64,000 nucleotides of DNA from Alkalispirochaeta sp. GTDB taxonomy: Bacteria > Spirochaetota > Spirochaetia > DSM-27196 > Alkalispirochaetaceae. Of the stretch, positions 47,248 through 56,770 are shown piece by piece. Position 1 is the stretch's first letter. Each line of letters opens with the position of its first letter. The position numbers and the translations under genes were made by a program. Where the stretch lies: NCBI GenBank assembly GCA_965242725.1, contig CBDESZ010000016.1:224001-288000 (forward strand). Reading direction: 5' to 3'. A model generated the notes under the pieces. The model ran no database searches. It had not been told where the DNA came from and saw only the letters and a program-made list of their open reading frames with translations.

Positions 47248-47295
47248 ATAGTCAGATCACGACCGTGTGAACCCGGCCATTTGAGGAGGAACGTC

Positions 47296-48963
47296 ATGGC
47301 AGATTCGAATATCCCCGGTGATGGAGGCGACAAGGGAACGGCACAGTCGTCAGGGGGCGTTTCACGACCGATTCGCGAACAACTCACCCCACGGGCCCTC
47401 GTCATCGGCGCCCTCGGTGCCGTCATTATCGCCGCCAGTTCCATGTATGTCGCCCTCAGGCTCGGAGCCCTTCCATGGCCGACGATCTTTGTCGCCCTTC
47501 TGAGTATGGCCGCTCTGAAAGGTCTGGGTAAGACCAACCTCAATGAAATCAACGTCACCCACACGGCGATGAGCGCCGGCGCGATGATCGCCGGCGGTTT
47601 TGCATTCACCATCCCGGCAATCTGGATTCTCCAGCCCGACAGGGAGATCTCATTTCCACCGCTCATTCTCGTCGTTCTCGCCGGGACGATTCTCGGCCTC
47701 ATTCTGACCGCCCTTGTGCGACGCCACTTTGTGGAAACCGAGGCACTTCCCTACCCCGTGGGTACCGCGGCGTATGAGACGGTACAGGTGGGAGACGAAG
47801 GGGGCGGCAAGGCGGGATTTCTCTTTGGGTCCATGGGTATTTCCGCCCTCTTTGTTGCAGGCCGCGATCTTGTGGCGGCAATTCCCGCCGCCCTTTCGTC
47901 TGCGACGCTCGCGGCGCGGAACATTTCCGTCGGGTTCTGGATTTCTCCCATGGCGGTCGGTATCGGATACATCATCGATGTCGTATACACCGCCGTGTGG
48001 TTTGCAGGTTCGATTTTTGCGTATGTCATACTCGTCCCCGTGGGAATCGCCCTGGGTATTTTCCCGGATATGGCGACGGCCGAAGCGTTCCGGTCCAGCC
48101 TCGGTATCGGACTGATGGTGGGAACCGGCGTCGGCGTCCTGGTAAAGGGAATACTTCCCCGATTCAAGGCGATCTTTGCGGGTGTCGTTACCGATCTGGG
48201 AGTGAGCGGCAACCGCCGCCTCGCCGTCAGTCTCCCCGTGGGTGGTGCCGTCGTTGTGGTGATTCTTTCAATACTCGCCGGTATACCCGTCGTTCCGTCG
48301 ATTCTGCTCCTTCTGGGCGTTGTGATTGCGACGGTGATGGCCGCAGATCTGACGGGCAGAACGGGAATCAACCCGATGGAGATTCTCGGAATCATCGTGC
48401 TTCTGGGAATCCGGCTGGTTGTGCCCTCCCTGGGGCAGACACCTGCGATCCTCATCGCGGCGGTAACCGCCGTCAGCTGTGGTCTTACCGGGGACGTTCT
48501 CAACGATTTCAAAGCGGGACATCTTTTTCACACGAGTCCGCGGGCGCAAATCACCGCGGAAGCGGTGGGTGGGATTGTGGGTGCCCTTGTATCGGTGGGG
48601 ACCTTCGCGATCCTGCTGACCCGGTACGGTTCCTTTGGAGGGGAGCTTCCGGCGCCGCAGGCACACGCCGTGGCCGCCCTCGCGGCGGGAATTCCCGACG
48701 TGACGGCCTTTACCATCGGGCTGGTGGTCGGGCTGGTCGTCTATCTCATCGGGTGGCCCGGTATGACCCTCGGCCTTGGTGTGTATCTTCCGATGATGAT
48801 TTCCGCTCCGGTCTTTCTGGGTGGTTTGATTCGTCTTGTCATCGCCAGAAGGAAACCGCAGTGGGATGAAAAAGGCGTCGTCGTTGCCTCGGGTCTCCTG
48901 GGGGGTGAGGGCGTCACCGGTGTCATTATCGCCATCGTCCAGGTGAGCGGCGGCCTCTTTTAA
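47296..48963 (+). CDS. OPT/YSL-family oligopeptide transporter
   Basis: LTPRAL, FTIPA, LPYPVGTAA, DFKAGH, PAPQA and ASGLLGGEG, with a GAGGAGG RBS. Confidence 0.9.
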   Translation: MADSNIPGDGGDKGTAQSSGGVSRPIREQLTPRALVIGALGAVIIAASSMYVALRLGALPWPTIFVALLSMAALKGLGKTNLNEINVTHTAMSAGAMIAGGFAFTIPAIWILQPDREISFPPLILVVLAGTILGLILTALVRRHFVETEALPYPVGTAAYETVQVGDEGGGKAGFLFGSMGISALFVAGRDLVAAIPAALSSATLAARNISVGFWISPMAVGIGYIIDVVYTAVWFAGSIFAYVILVPVGIALGIFPDMATAEAFRSSLGIGLMVGTGVGVLVKGILPRFKAIFAGVVTDLGVSGNRRLAVSLPVGGAVVVVILSILAGIPVVPSILLLLGVVIATVMAADLTGRTGINPMEILGIIVLLGIRLVVPSLGQTPAILIAAVTAVSCGLTGDVLNDFKAGHLFHTSPRAQITAEAVGGIVGALVSVGTFAILLTRYGSFGGELPAPQAHAVAALAAGIPDVTAFTIGLVVGLVVYLIGWPGMTLGLGVYLPMMISAPVFLGGLIRLVIARRKPQWDEKGVVVASGLLGGEGVTGVIIAIVQVSGGLF

Positions 48964-49039
48964 GGTCTTCCGCCCCTTGGCGCCGGCTACAATGCGATGC
49001 ACCGATCCGCCGCGTCGCTTCGCGGGGGCCGCTGAGTAC

Positions 49040-50716
49040 CTATGAAGAAGCCGCCGCAACGGCGCCGTTTCGCTCAGCCAGCTCCTCAAGCACACGCATC
49101 ACTTCCGGAAGAAGCTGTTTCTTCCGGGAGAGCACGCCCGGCATGTCGTACGTTCGATCAGCAATGTGACTGAAGGGCAGCGCTTCCTCCGCCTGTGGAT
49201 AAGATGAGGTGAGGAGGAGGCTGTTCCGTTTCATCACGTCCGTGACCATAAGCATGCACCATTTACACCGTTTTTCCCGGGCCACCGCATCGAGGGCCTC
49301 AACGAGGCGGGTGCGATAGTTGCCGGTGTCCGCGAGGGTGGTGACCTCGACCTGTCCGATCCCTACCCGTACCGACCCGTGGGTGTACTGCTTGTAGTCG
49401 GAGAGGATGATTTCCCGGGGTTCCCTGTTTTCAAGGGCGTTCAACTGGGAAAAGAGGCGCTTGGCGTGTTCGCTGGCGGATATGCCGGTGATCGTCTCCA
49501 GGCGATAGATCGCCCGACGGTCCGCCTCGGTGGTGGTGGGCGAGTAGAGGTTCACCGTGTCGGAGATGATGCCCGACAGGAGGAGGATCGCCACTTCCCG
49601 GTCGATGGCGAGGCCCCGTCCGGCGTACTCTTCATAGACGAGCGTGCAGGTGCTGCCCACCGGGCGCGTCGTAACGGCAATGGGCTGCGTCGTTGACGGC
49701 GGAGCAAGGCGGTGGTGGTCGACGATTTCAAGTATTTCCGCTTCCTCCGCACCGTCTACGGCCTGGGAGATCTCATTGTGGTCGACCATGATGAGCTTCC
49801 GTCGCGGACGTTCAATGAAGGAGCGGCGGCTCACCATCCCCTCATAGGTGCCCTCGTCAAAGACGGGCAGACCGCGGTATTTGGAATTGAGAAGCAGGTT
49901 CTTCCCCTCGTCGAAGGGCGTTTCCGTGTTCAACCGGGGGACGCCGGCGTCCATGATCGTCCGGACGGGAGAACTGAGGCGCAGGAGACGGATCGTCTCG
50001 GCGGTGTCCGTCCCGGAGCGGTACACGGCACCGCGGAAGGTCGACATGTCCGTCGCGATGGCCTCGCCCTTTTCAAGTCCTGTAATGACCACCGCCGGGA
50101 GCTGTGACTCCACGGCGTGGCGCAGAATCTCGCTGCGGTTTCCCACAACAAGGAGGGGCGGTGTCGGCAGCAGCCGTATCATTTCGATGGAGCGATGGTC
50201 GGGCATGGAACCGGTGACGATGGGCGCTTCAAAGAGACCCTCTTCTCCCTTCTGGAGCAGTTCACCGGGAAGGACGCGGTTGAAATTGGAGACGAGAAAT
50301 GTATAGAGCGGTCGCGGTCCCTTGTTCTGGGCGAGAATGTATGAAGTGATTTCATTTACGCCGACGACGCCGGTGAACGCTCCCTCCCCGTCAATGATGG
50401 GGATTGCGGAAATCGTCTGGTTTTCCACCTCCCTGATCGCGTCAAGGACGGGATCGTCGGGATGGAGGATGACGGGACTCCGCTTGGCAATCATGCCGAT
50501 TGTCGGCGCGACGGTGTCGACGTGACGAGGTTCCTCCACTCCGGCAAGTTCAAAGACGTCGCGAATCTGCCCGTTCAGGGGGCCGGTCCGTATCGGGACG
50601 TATCGGGTGCGGGGATCGAGGGTTCTTTTCAGTGCGGCGTAGCAGTACGCCGCACAGGTGCAATCCATGTCCGGATTCTTGTGGCCCGCTACATATACAA
50701 GGGTCTTGGTGTTCAT
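49040..50716 (-). CDS. Mn-dependent family II inorganic pyrophosphatase with CBS-DRTGG-CBS insert
   Basis: GHKNPDMD, VDHNE, IVDHH, ISDT and SRKKQ, with a central regulatory insert. Confidence 0.92.
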   Translation of the reverse strand: MNTKTLVYVAGHKNPDMDCTCAAYCYAALKRTLDPRTRYVPIRTGPLNGQIRDVFELAGVEEPRHVDTVAPTIGMIAKRSPVILHPDDPVLDAIREVENQTISAIPIIDGEGAFTGVVGVNEITSYILAQNKGPRPLYTFLVSNFNRVLPGELLQKGEEGLFEAPIVTGSMPDHRSIEMIRLLPTPPLLVVGNRSEILRHAVESQLPAVVITGLEKGEAIATDMSTFRGAVYRSGTDTAETIRLLRLSSPVRTIMDAGVPRLNTETPFDEGKNLLLNSKYRGLPVFDEGTYEGMVSRRSFIERPRRKLIMVDHNEISQAVDGAEEAEILEIVDHHRLAPPSTTQPIAVTTRPVGSTCTLVYEEYAGRGLAIDREVAILLLSGIISDTVNLYSPTTTEADRRAIYRLETITGISASEHAKRLFSQLNALENREPREIILSDYKQYTHGSVRVGIGQVEVTTLADTGNYRTRLVEALDAVAREKRCKWCMLMVTDVMKRNSLLLTSSYPQAEEALPFSHIADRTYDMPGVLSRKKQLLPEVMRVLEELAERNGAVAAASS

Positions 50717-51654
50717 ACCGGCGTTCCCGCGCCTGCCCTTTTCAGAATGCTCCGAACGCCGTCGAGCATTGAGTCGAGATCGCTCAGGTTCAACGGCAGG
50801 ACGACGCGGGTATCGGCGGATGCGAGATTGCGCAGCTCGGCGATGTACTGCTCCGAAAGCTGCAGGGACAACGCTTCGTCTCCGCCGTCGGCTTCGAGTG
50901 CGGCTGCAAGCTTCCGGATAGACACGGCGGTAGCCTTGGCAAGCGCCCGGATTTCAGCAGCCTTGCCCTCGGCCTCATTGATCCACTTTTCCTTTTCCCC
51001 TTCGGATCTGTTGATGGCTTCCTCCATTTCTCCCACGGAGTAGTTGATTTTACTTTCCATCTCACCGAGAGAACGGGCAATCTGGGCGCGTTTATCCCGT
51101 TCCGCACGAAGCTGCGCTTCCATCGCCTGCAGAATGTCGGCGGGGACGTTTATGTTCTGTATCTCATATCGTGTGACGTCGACGCCCCATTCCGCGCTCG
51201 CCGCATCGACCTCCTTGACGATGGCGGCATTGATCGCATCCCGTTCTTCAAAGGTCTTGTCCAGTTCCAGTTTTCCAATGACCGAACGCATCGTCGTCTG
51301 GGCGAGCTGAATCGTTGCGTATCGGTAGTTGCTGATCCCGTAGCTCGCTTTTTTGGGATCGGTGACCTTGTAGTAGAGGACTCCGTCAACGTCGACCTTC
51401 ACATTGTCCCAGGTGAAACAGGGCTGGGTCGGAACGTCTACAGCCTGTTCCTTGAGACTGTGGGTATATGCAACCTTGTCTATAAACGGCACGAGAACGT
51501 GAAATCCCGCCTGAAGGGTGGATGCGTACTTGCCGAGTCGCTCCACGACGAGCACGGTCTTTGCCGGGACGATTCTGATACTACGTACAAGAGCGATAAA
51601 GATGACGAGGCCGAGGAGGCCGAGTACGATTTGAAGGGGTAGAAAAGGACTCAT
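50713..51654 (-). CDS. SPFH/stomatin-like protein
   Basis: VVERLGKY, LAQTTMRSVIGKLELDKTFEER and WGVDVTRYEI. Confidence 0.93.
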   Translation of the reverse strand: MSPFLPLQIVLGLLGLVIFIALVRSIRIVPAKTVLVVERLGKYASTLQAGFHVLVPFIDKVAYTHSLKEQAVDVPTQPCFTWDNVKVDVDGVLYYKVTDPKKASYGISNYRYATIQLAQTTMRSVIGKLELDKTFEERDAINAAIVKEVDAASAEWGVDVTRYEIQNINVPADILQAMEAQLRAERDKRAQIARSLGEMESKINYSVGEMEEAINRSEGEKEKWINEAEGKAAEIRALAKATAVSIRKLAAALEADGGDEALSLQLSEQYIAELRNLASADTRVVLPLNLSDLDSMLDGVRSILKRAGAGTPV

Positions 51655-52655
51655 TGTGCTGCTCCTGAACTGTTGGTCGGGCCCGAGGCGCCGCGACTGC
51701 CGGCGTCTTCGCGCCCTGCTGACCCGGACGTCGCACCGTACGCGGATCCGCCTGTTTTCAGTGATTCCACCATCGACCGCAACGTCGCCAGTTCCACAGG
51801 CAGGACCGACGTCTCGCTCTCCCTGATGATCGATCCGAGGCCGGAAATGAACTGCTCCGCCACACGCATGGCAACGGCGGTCCGCCCCTTGGGCAGACTG
51901 ATCGCCCCGGCTACATCGGTGATCCCTTCCGCCGTCGCAGCGGCAATGATCTCCGTCGCCTCTGCCCGACCCTCCGCTTCATTGATCCGCTTCTGCCGCT
52001 CTCCCTGGGAGAGGTTGATCGCCTGCTGGCGGTCTCCCTTGGAGGAATTGATCCGCGCTTCCCGGGTGCCTTCACTGAAGAGGATCTCGGCGCGCTTTTC
52101 CCGCTCCGCCCGAACCTGCTGTTCCATTGCGATCATTACCGTTTCCGACGGGGTAATATCCTTGATTTCATAGCGGGTAACTTTGATGCCCCAGGGGTCG
52201 GATGCCTCATCGACCGCCTTGACGATGGCGTCGTTTATGGCGTCCCGCTCTGAGAAGCTCCGGTCCAGTTCGATTTTGCCGATCTCCGAACGCATCGTCG
52301 TCTGAGCGAGCTGGGAGGTGGCGAAACGGTAATTGTCTATTCCGTAGCTTGCCTTTTCCGGGTCCACGACCTGGAGGTACAACACGCCGTCCACGCTCAC
52401 CTGGACGTTGTCCTTGGTGATGCAGAGCTGCGGCGGTACATCGATGACCTCCTCTTTCAGAAGTTGCTTGTAGGCAACCTTTTGCACGACCGGAATCACA
52501 AGGTGAAATCCCGGTCCCATGGTACGCTGATACTTTCCAAACTGTTCCACCACCCACGCATGCTGTTCCGGCACGATGCGTATCAGCTTAAAGAAGATGG
52601 TGAAGACGAGGATCAGCAGGACGAGAGACGAGGCATAGACCCCAATGACACTCAT
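51651..52655 (-). CDS. SPFH/stomatin-like protein (paralogue)
   Basis: CITKDNV, LAQTTMRSEIG and WGIKVTRYEI. Start at ATG 52655. Confidence 0.93.
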   Translation of the reverse strand: MSVIGVYASSLVLLILVFTIFFKLIRIVPEQHAWVVEQFGKYQRTMGPGFHLVIPVVQKVAYKQLLKEEVIDVPPQLCITKDNVQVSVDGVLYLQVVDPEKASYGIDNYRFATSQLAQTTMRSEIGKIELDRSFSERDAINDAIVKAVDEASDPWGIKVTRYEIKDITPSETVMIAMEQQVRAEREKRAEILFSEGTREARINSSKGDRQQAINLSQGERQKRINEAEGRAEATEIIAAATAEGITDVAGAISLPKGRTAVAMRVAEQFISGLGSIIRESETSVLPVELATLRSMVESLKTGGSAYGATSGSAGREDAGSRGASGPTNSSGAAQ

Positions 52656-53107
52656 GTTTCCTCCCTGTTCAAGAGATCGCCTGCGGTGACGATGTAGTTG
52701 AGATTTTCTTTTTTCAGAATCGTAACGGTGGCACCTGGAGGTATAGACTCCCCGTAGGACACCGCATTCCATGACGTTCCGTGAATACGGATACGTCCCG
52801 ATTTTTCCGGAGATATCTCTTCAATGACTTCGGCGGTTTTACCGACATCGGCATCTTCATTCCCGATCGCGACGTCGCCCTTGAACCATCGGGCCGCGTA
52901 CTTCCGCAGCACCCCCAGAGACAGACCGCTCGTTGCCGCCCAGATGACAAGCTGCAGGGGCAGGCGATCTGCGAGACCGGGGACGACAATAACGAGAAGG
53001 GAGTTCAACAACGCACCGAGGCCGAAGAAGAATACGACAAATTCAGGAATGATGAACTCCGACCCAATGAGAAGGAGTCCGAGAACCGCCCAAATTGTTG
53101 CGCTCAC
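52652..53107 (-). CDS. NfeD family protein (short form)
   Basis: N-terminal TMs and a C-terminal OB-fold GRIRIHGTSWNA, directly upstream of the SPFH genes. Confidence 0.88.
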   Translation of the reverse strand: MSATIWAVLGLLLIGSEFIIPEFVVFFFGLGALLNSLLVIVVPGLADRLPLQLVIWAATSGLSLGVLRKYAARWFKGDVAIGNEDADVGKTAEVIEEISPEKSGRIRIHGTSWNAVSYGESIPPGATVTILKKENLNYIVTAGDLLNREET

Positions 53108-53167
53108 TCAGGTACTGTAGGGTCTCTCCCCGTCCAAGTCAACGGAGTCCGGAATGAACATTCATTC

Positions 53168-54028
53168 TTAATGAGGGTTTTTTGTCGCGTCGAGCAACTT
53201 CGATTTCAGTTCCCCTGCGCCGGTGGTGGAGAGGTCAAAGATCGGTCTCTCCGGAATGAGGGCGCGGCAGGCATCGCGGTCGGCGGCTGTACAGAGGACG
53301 GCGTCGACCTTCTCGATTTCGCTCAGATCCCGGGGAGAGGAAAGGTCATAGAGAAGAATCTTGTTGGCGTGTCGCGACAACGCCCGCGCCGTGGCGGTGA
53401 CGCCGCGCTTGATGGTCATCTCGTCGGTCCCGCCGGCGCGCTTGCCGGTGTCGTCATCTCCGGCGTGACCCATCGTCCTCTTCCAGAAACTGCGATAGGA
53501 GTGGACGACCACTGTGGAAAGCTCCGTCGCCAGTTCCGTCGTGCGAACGCCATCGCCGACGACGGCTACGTGTTTTACGTAGTAGGGACGGACCACCGGC
53601 GGAATGAACCGCCACCACTCATACGGTGCGCGACGAATCATCGACGCCGAAACGGGAATATTGCTCCGACCCGGATCGACGGGAATGAAATTGGCGTCCA
53701 GCTCGGCAGCGAGGTCCCATCCGTACTCCTCTGACGCAAAAACGTGGTGCACCGGTTCGGGGACGGCGTCACGAACGGTCCGTGCCCAGATTGCAGTCGC
53801 TCCGGCCGCGCCGCGACGTGCCTCGGGGATTTCCTCGGTGATATGGACGGTCCTGCACGTCGGCGCCAGTTCACTGACCCAGCGATACCTGAGATCTCCG
53901 GGAATCGACTCATGGGACAGGGTGCATACGAGGATGTACAATGTATCAACCATATGCCGGGCAAAATCGATGAGGTATAAATGGCCGTTGTGGGGCGGCA
54001 TAAATCGCCCGATGATGACGCCGTTCAT
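53168..54028 (-). CDS. NadR-like nucleotidyltransferase with a degenerate C-terminal kinase-like domain
   Basis: GRFMPPHNGH (HxGH), VFASEEYG, VSASMIR and IPPVVRPYY. Walker A is missing from the C-terminal domain. Confidence 0.78.
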   Translation of the reverse strand: MNGVIIGRFMPPHNGHLYLIDFARHMVDTLYILVCTLSHESIPGDLRYRWVSELAPTCRTVHITEEIPEARRGAAGATAIWARTVRDAVPEPVHHVFASEEYGWDLAAELDANFIPVDPGRSNIPVSASMIRRAPYEWWRFIPPVVRPYYVKHVAVVGDGVRTTELATELSTVVVHSYRSFWKRTMGHAGDDDTGKRAGGTDEMTIKRGVTATARALSRHANKILLYDLSSPRDLSEIEKVDAVLCTAADRDACRALIPERPIFDLSTTGAGELKSKLLDATKNPH

Positions 54029-54078
54029 GGTATGGTGGTACAGTACCGGCTTTCGCCCGGCTCTCGCAAGGAGGACGT

Positions 54079-55155
54079 ATGCGTATTGGATTTGACCTCG
54101 GTGGTACAAAGATGCTCGCCGCCGTCATCGACGACAGCGGAACAATCATCGCCCGAAACAAGAACCGTACCGAAGGTTCGGACAACGAGACGGTCTACGC
54201 AAAGATCCTTCAAACCATCGACGGCGCGCTGAAAAAAGGCGGAATCCCCGCAGGTGACGTCAGCGAAATCGGCATTGCCGTACCGGGCCCCATCGATGCC
54301 GAGGAGGGGCGTATCCTCCAGCCGCCCAACCTCGCGCTCCGTGATTTTCCCCTCGCCCGGCGTCTCACCGAAGACCGGGGGCTTAAGGTCCTGCTTGAAA
54401 ACGATGTAAACGCCGGCCTCTGGGGCGAGTTTATCGCCGGCGCCGCCCGCGACTATCGACATGTCATTGGAATTTTCCCGGGCACGGGAATCGGCGGAGG
54501 CGTCATCATCAACGGCGAGCTCTTTCGCGGCAAGAAAGGGCGGGCCGGAGAGATCGGACACATCACCGTCCAGAGCGACGGGCGCCGGTGCGGCTGCGGC
54601 AACCACGGCTGCCTGGAGACCGTCGCGTCCAAGACGGCGATCGCCCGGGATCTCGCGCTTCTCGCGATGAACGGCCAGTCTCCCATCCTTGCCGCTGCGG
54701 GAGCGACGGACATCACCCAGATCAAGAGCGGTCTCATTAAGAAGGCTCTGGACGCCGGTGATCCCGGTGTTGCGGAGGTTGTAGATCAGGCGGCGTACTT
54801 TCTGGGAATCGGAATGGCGGCGATGGTGAACGTCTTTGATCCGGAAATGGTCCTCCTCGGCGGCGGGCTTGTTGAAAAACTCGGGGCGCCCTTTATCGCC
54901 GCTGCGGAAGAGGCGATGCGCCGTCGGGCGATGCCCAACCTCGTAGAAGGGGTGGTGGTGACGGAAGCACAGCTTGGTGACGATGCGGTGATCCTCGGAG
55001 CCGCCGACCTGGCCGTGCGGAAGTGGGCCGCCGCATCTGCCGCTGACACCGACGGTGTACCTGGCACGGTCGCACCGGCATCCGCCTCCAACGCCGGCGG
55101 CCGTACCGGTAACAAACGGACCCGAAACGGAGGCAAGGCACGGAACCATGACTAA
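54079..55155 (+). CDS. ROK-family sugar kinase (glucokinase-like)
   Basis: DLGGTK, ENDVNA, GTGIGGG, GEIGH and CGCGNHGCLE. Confidence 0.92.
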   Translation: MRIGFDLGGTKMLAAVIDDSGTIIARNKNRTEGSDNETVYAKILQTIDGALKKGGIPAGDVSEIGIAVPGPIDAEEGRILQPPNLALRDFPLARRLTEDRGLKVLLENDVNAGLWGEFIAGAARDYRHVIGIFPGTGIGGGVIINGELFRGKKGRAGEIGHITVQSDGRRCGCGNHGCLETVASKTAIARDLALLAMNGQSPILAAAGATDITQIKSGLIKKALDAGDPGVAEVVDQAAYFLGIGMAAMVNVFDPEMVLLGGGLVEKLGAPFIAAAEEAMRRRAMPNLVEGVVVTEAQLGDDAVILGAADLAVRKWAAASAADTDGVPGTVAPASASNAGGRTGNKRTRNGGKARNHD

Positions 55156-56770
55156 AAAGCCCAAAGGTATGGAAACGGAAAACCGGGGACACTCCGCCCG
55201 GGGAAACGCCACGGGCGATACTGAAAACAAGCATGACGATACACCGCGACTCGTCTCGGTGATCGACATCGGATCCACGGCAATACGCGTCGTCGTCGCG
55301 CAGATACACAAGGATCTCACCTGGACCACCGTGGACCGCGCATCCCGTCCCCTTTCCCTCGGCCGTGACGTATTCATGACGGGATATCTCAGTACCGACT
55401 CAATGCGCGACGCCGTTCGCATCCTCAAGAGCTTCAAGGAACTCCTCGGGGGATGGCGCATCGCCCCCGACGATGTCCGTATTATCGCCACCGCGGCGAT
55501 TCGGGAGGCAAAAAACCGGGACACCTTTCTCGACCGCGTCCAGATCCGCACGGGCTTCCGCATCGACATCGTGGAAGGGATTGAGGAGAACCACCTCACC
55601 TACATCGCCGTACAGCACGCAATCAACGACCTGCGACCGCAGTTCGCCCGCTCAAGTGCGATGATCCTGGAAGTCGGCGGAGGAACGACTGAAATCATGC
55701 TCCTCCAGCGGGGGCGCATGGTGGGCGCCCACTCCCTGCGCATCGGCACCCTCCGGGTTGAACAGCAGGTTCAGCCCAACCTCACCGACAGCGATCGCAT
55801 TGAAGAGTACCTCCGTGAAAACATCCGGGTGAATCGTGAGGTCCTCAATACCGAACTTCGTCTTGACAGGATTCGGTACTTTGTCGCCGTAGGCGGAGAT
55901 GCCCGGATCGCCGCGGCCAGGGTCGGACACAAGGAGGGGGAGCACTTTTCAGTCATAGAACGGGAGCGCTTTGACACCTTTCTCCGGGACCTGCAGCGGC
56001 GCAGCCTCGATGAATGCGTCCGGGAGCTCCGCCTCACCTACACCGAGGTGGAGGGGCTCGTACCAGCTCTGGTGACCTACAAACTCTTCATGGATGCCAC
56101 GGCGGCGGACCAGCTTATCGTGCCCGACGTGAGTATTCGCGAGGGGGTGCTCCTCAACTTCACGGTAGGCACCCACCACCCCATGCGGGAAGAGTTTTCC
56201 GAGCAGGTCATCAACTCAACGGTCGGGCTGGGGCGCAAGTACCATTTCGACGAGCATCACGGAATGCATGTGGCCAAACTGTCGGTAAGTCTCTTTGACC
56301 AGTTCTCCGCCGAACACGGCATTGAAGGTCATGGACGCCTCCTGTTGGAGGTGGCGGCGATCATTCACGACATCGGAAACTTCGTCCGCGCCTCGGGACA
56401 TCACAAGCACGGTCAGTACATCATCGAAAACTCAGAAATATTCGGCCTCTCCCGATCGGACATTCGCATCGTGGCCAACGTCGTCAGATATCATCGCGGC
56501 GGTACGCCGTCGTCGGGTCACACAAACTACGTCTCCCTTCGGCGGGAGCACCGCATGCTCGTCCTGAAGCTCGCCGCCCTCCTGCGGGTGGCCGACGCAC
56601 TGGATCGGGGGCACGTGCAGCGGGTCCGCAGTTTCCAGTTGGAGCAGGGAGACGAGGACGTGGTTCTTCACTGCGAGTACAGCGGGGATATTTCGATTGA
56701 GGAGTACGGCCTGCGTCTCAAGGGGCGACTTTTCGAGGAAGTCTTCGGATATGGAGTAACGGTAACATGA
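55148..56770 (+). CDS. ppx: Exopolyphosphatase Ppx/GppA with HD domain
   Basis: IDIGS, ATAAIREAKN, EVGGGTTE, IREG, IHDIG and LRVADALD. Confidence 0.9.
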   Translation: MTKKPKGMETENRGHSARGNATGDTENKHDDTPRLVSVIDIGSTAIRVVVAQIHKDLTWTTVDRASRPLSLGRDVFMTGYLSTDSMRDAVRILKSFKELLGGWRIAPDDVRIIATAAIREAKNRDTFLDRVQIRTGFRIDIVEGIEENHLTYIAVQHAINDLRPQFARSSAMILEVGGGTTEIMLLQRGRMVGAHSLRIGTLRVEQQVQPNLTDSDRIEEYLRENIRVNREVLNTELRLDRIRYFVAVGGDARIAAARVGHKEGEHFSVIERERFDTFLRDLQRRSLDECVRELRLTYTEVEGLVPALVTYKLFMDATAADQLIVPDVSIREGVLLNFTVGTHHPMREEFSEQVINSTVGLGRKYHFDEHHGMHVAKLSVSLFDQFSAEHGIEGHGRLLLEVAAIIHDIGNFVRASGHHKHGQYIIENSEIFGLSRSDIRIVANVVRYHRGGTPSSGHTNYVSLRREHRMLVLKLAALLRVADALDRGHVQRVRSFQLEQGDEDVVLHCEYSGDISIEEYGLRLKGRLFEEVFGYGVTVT

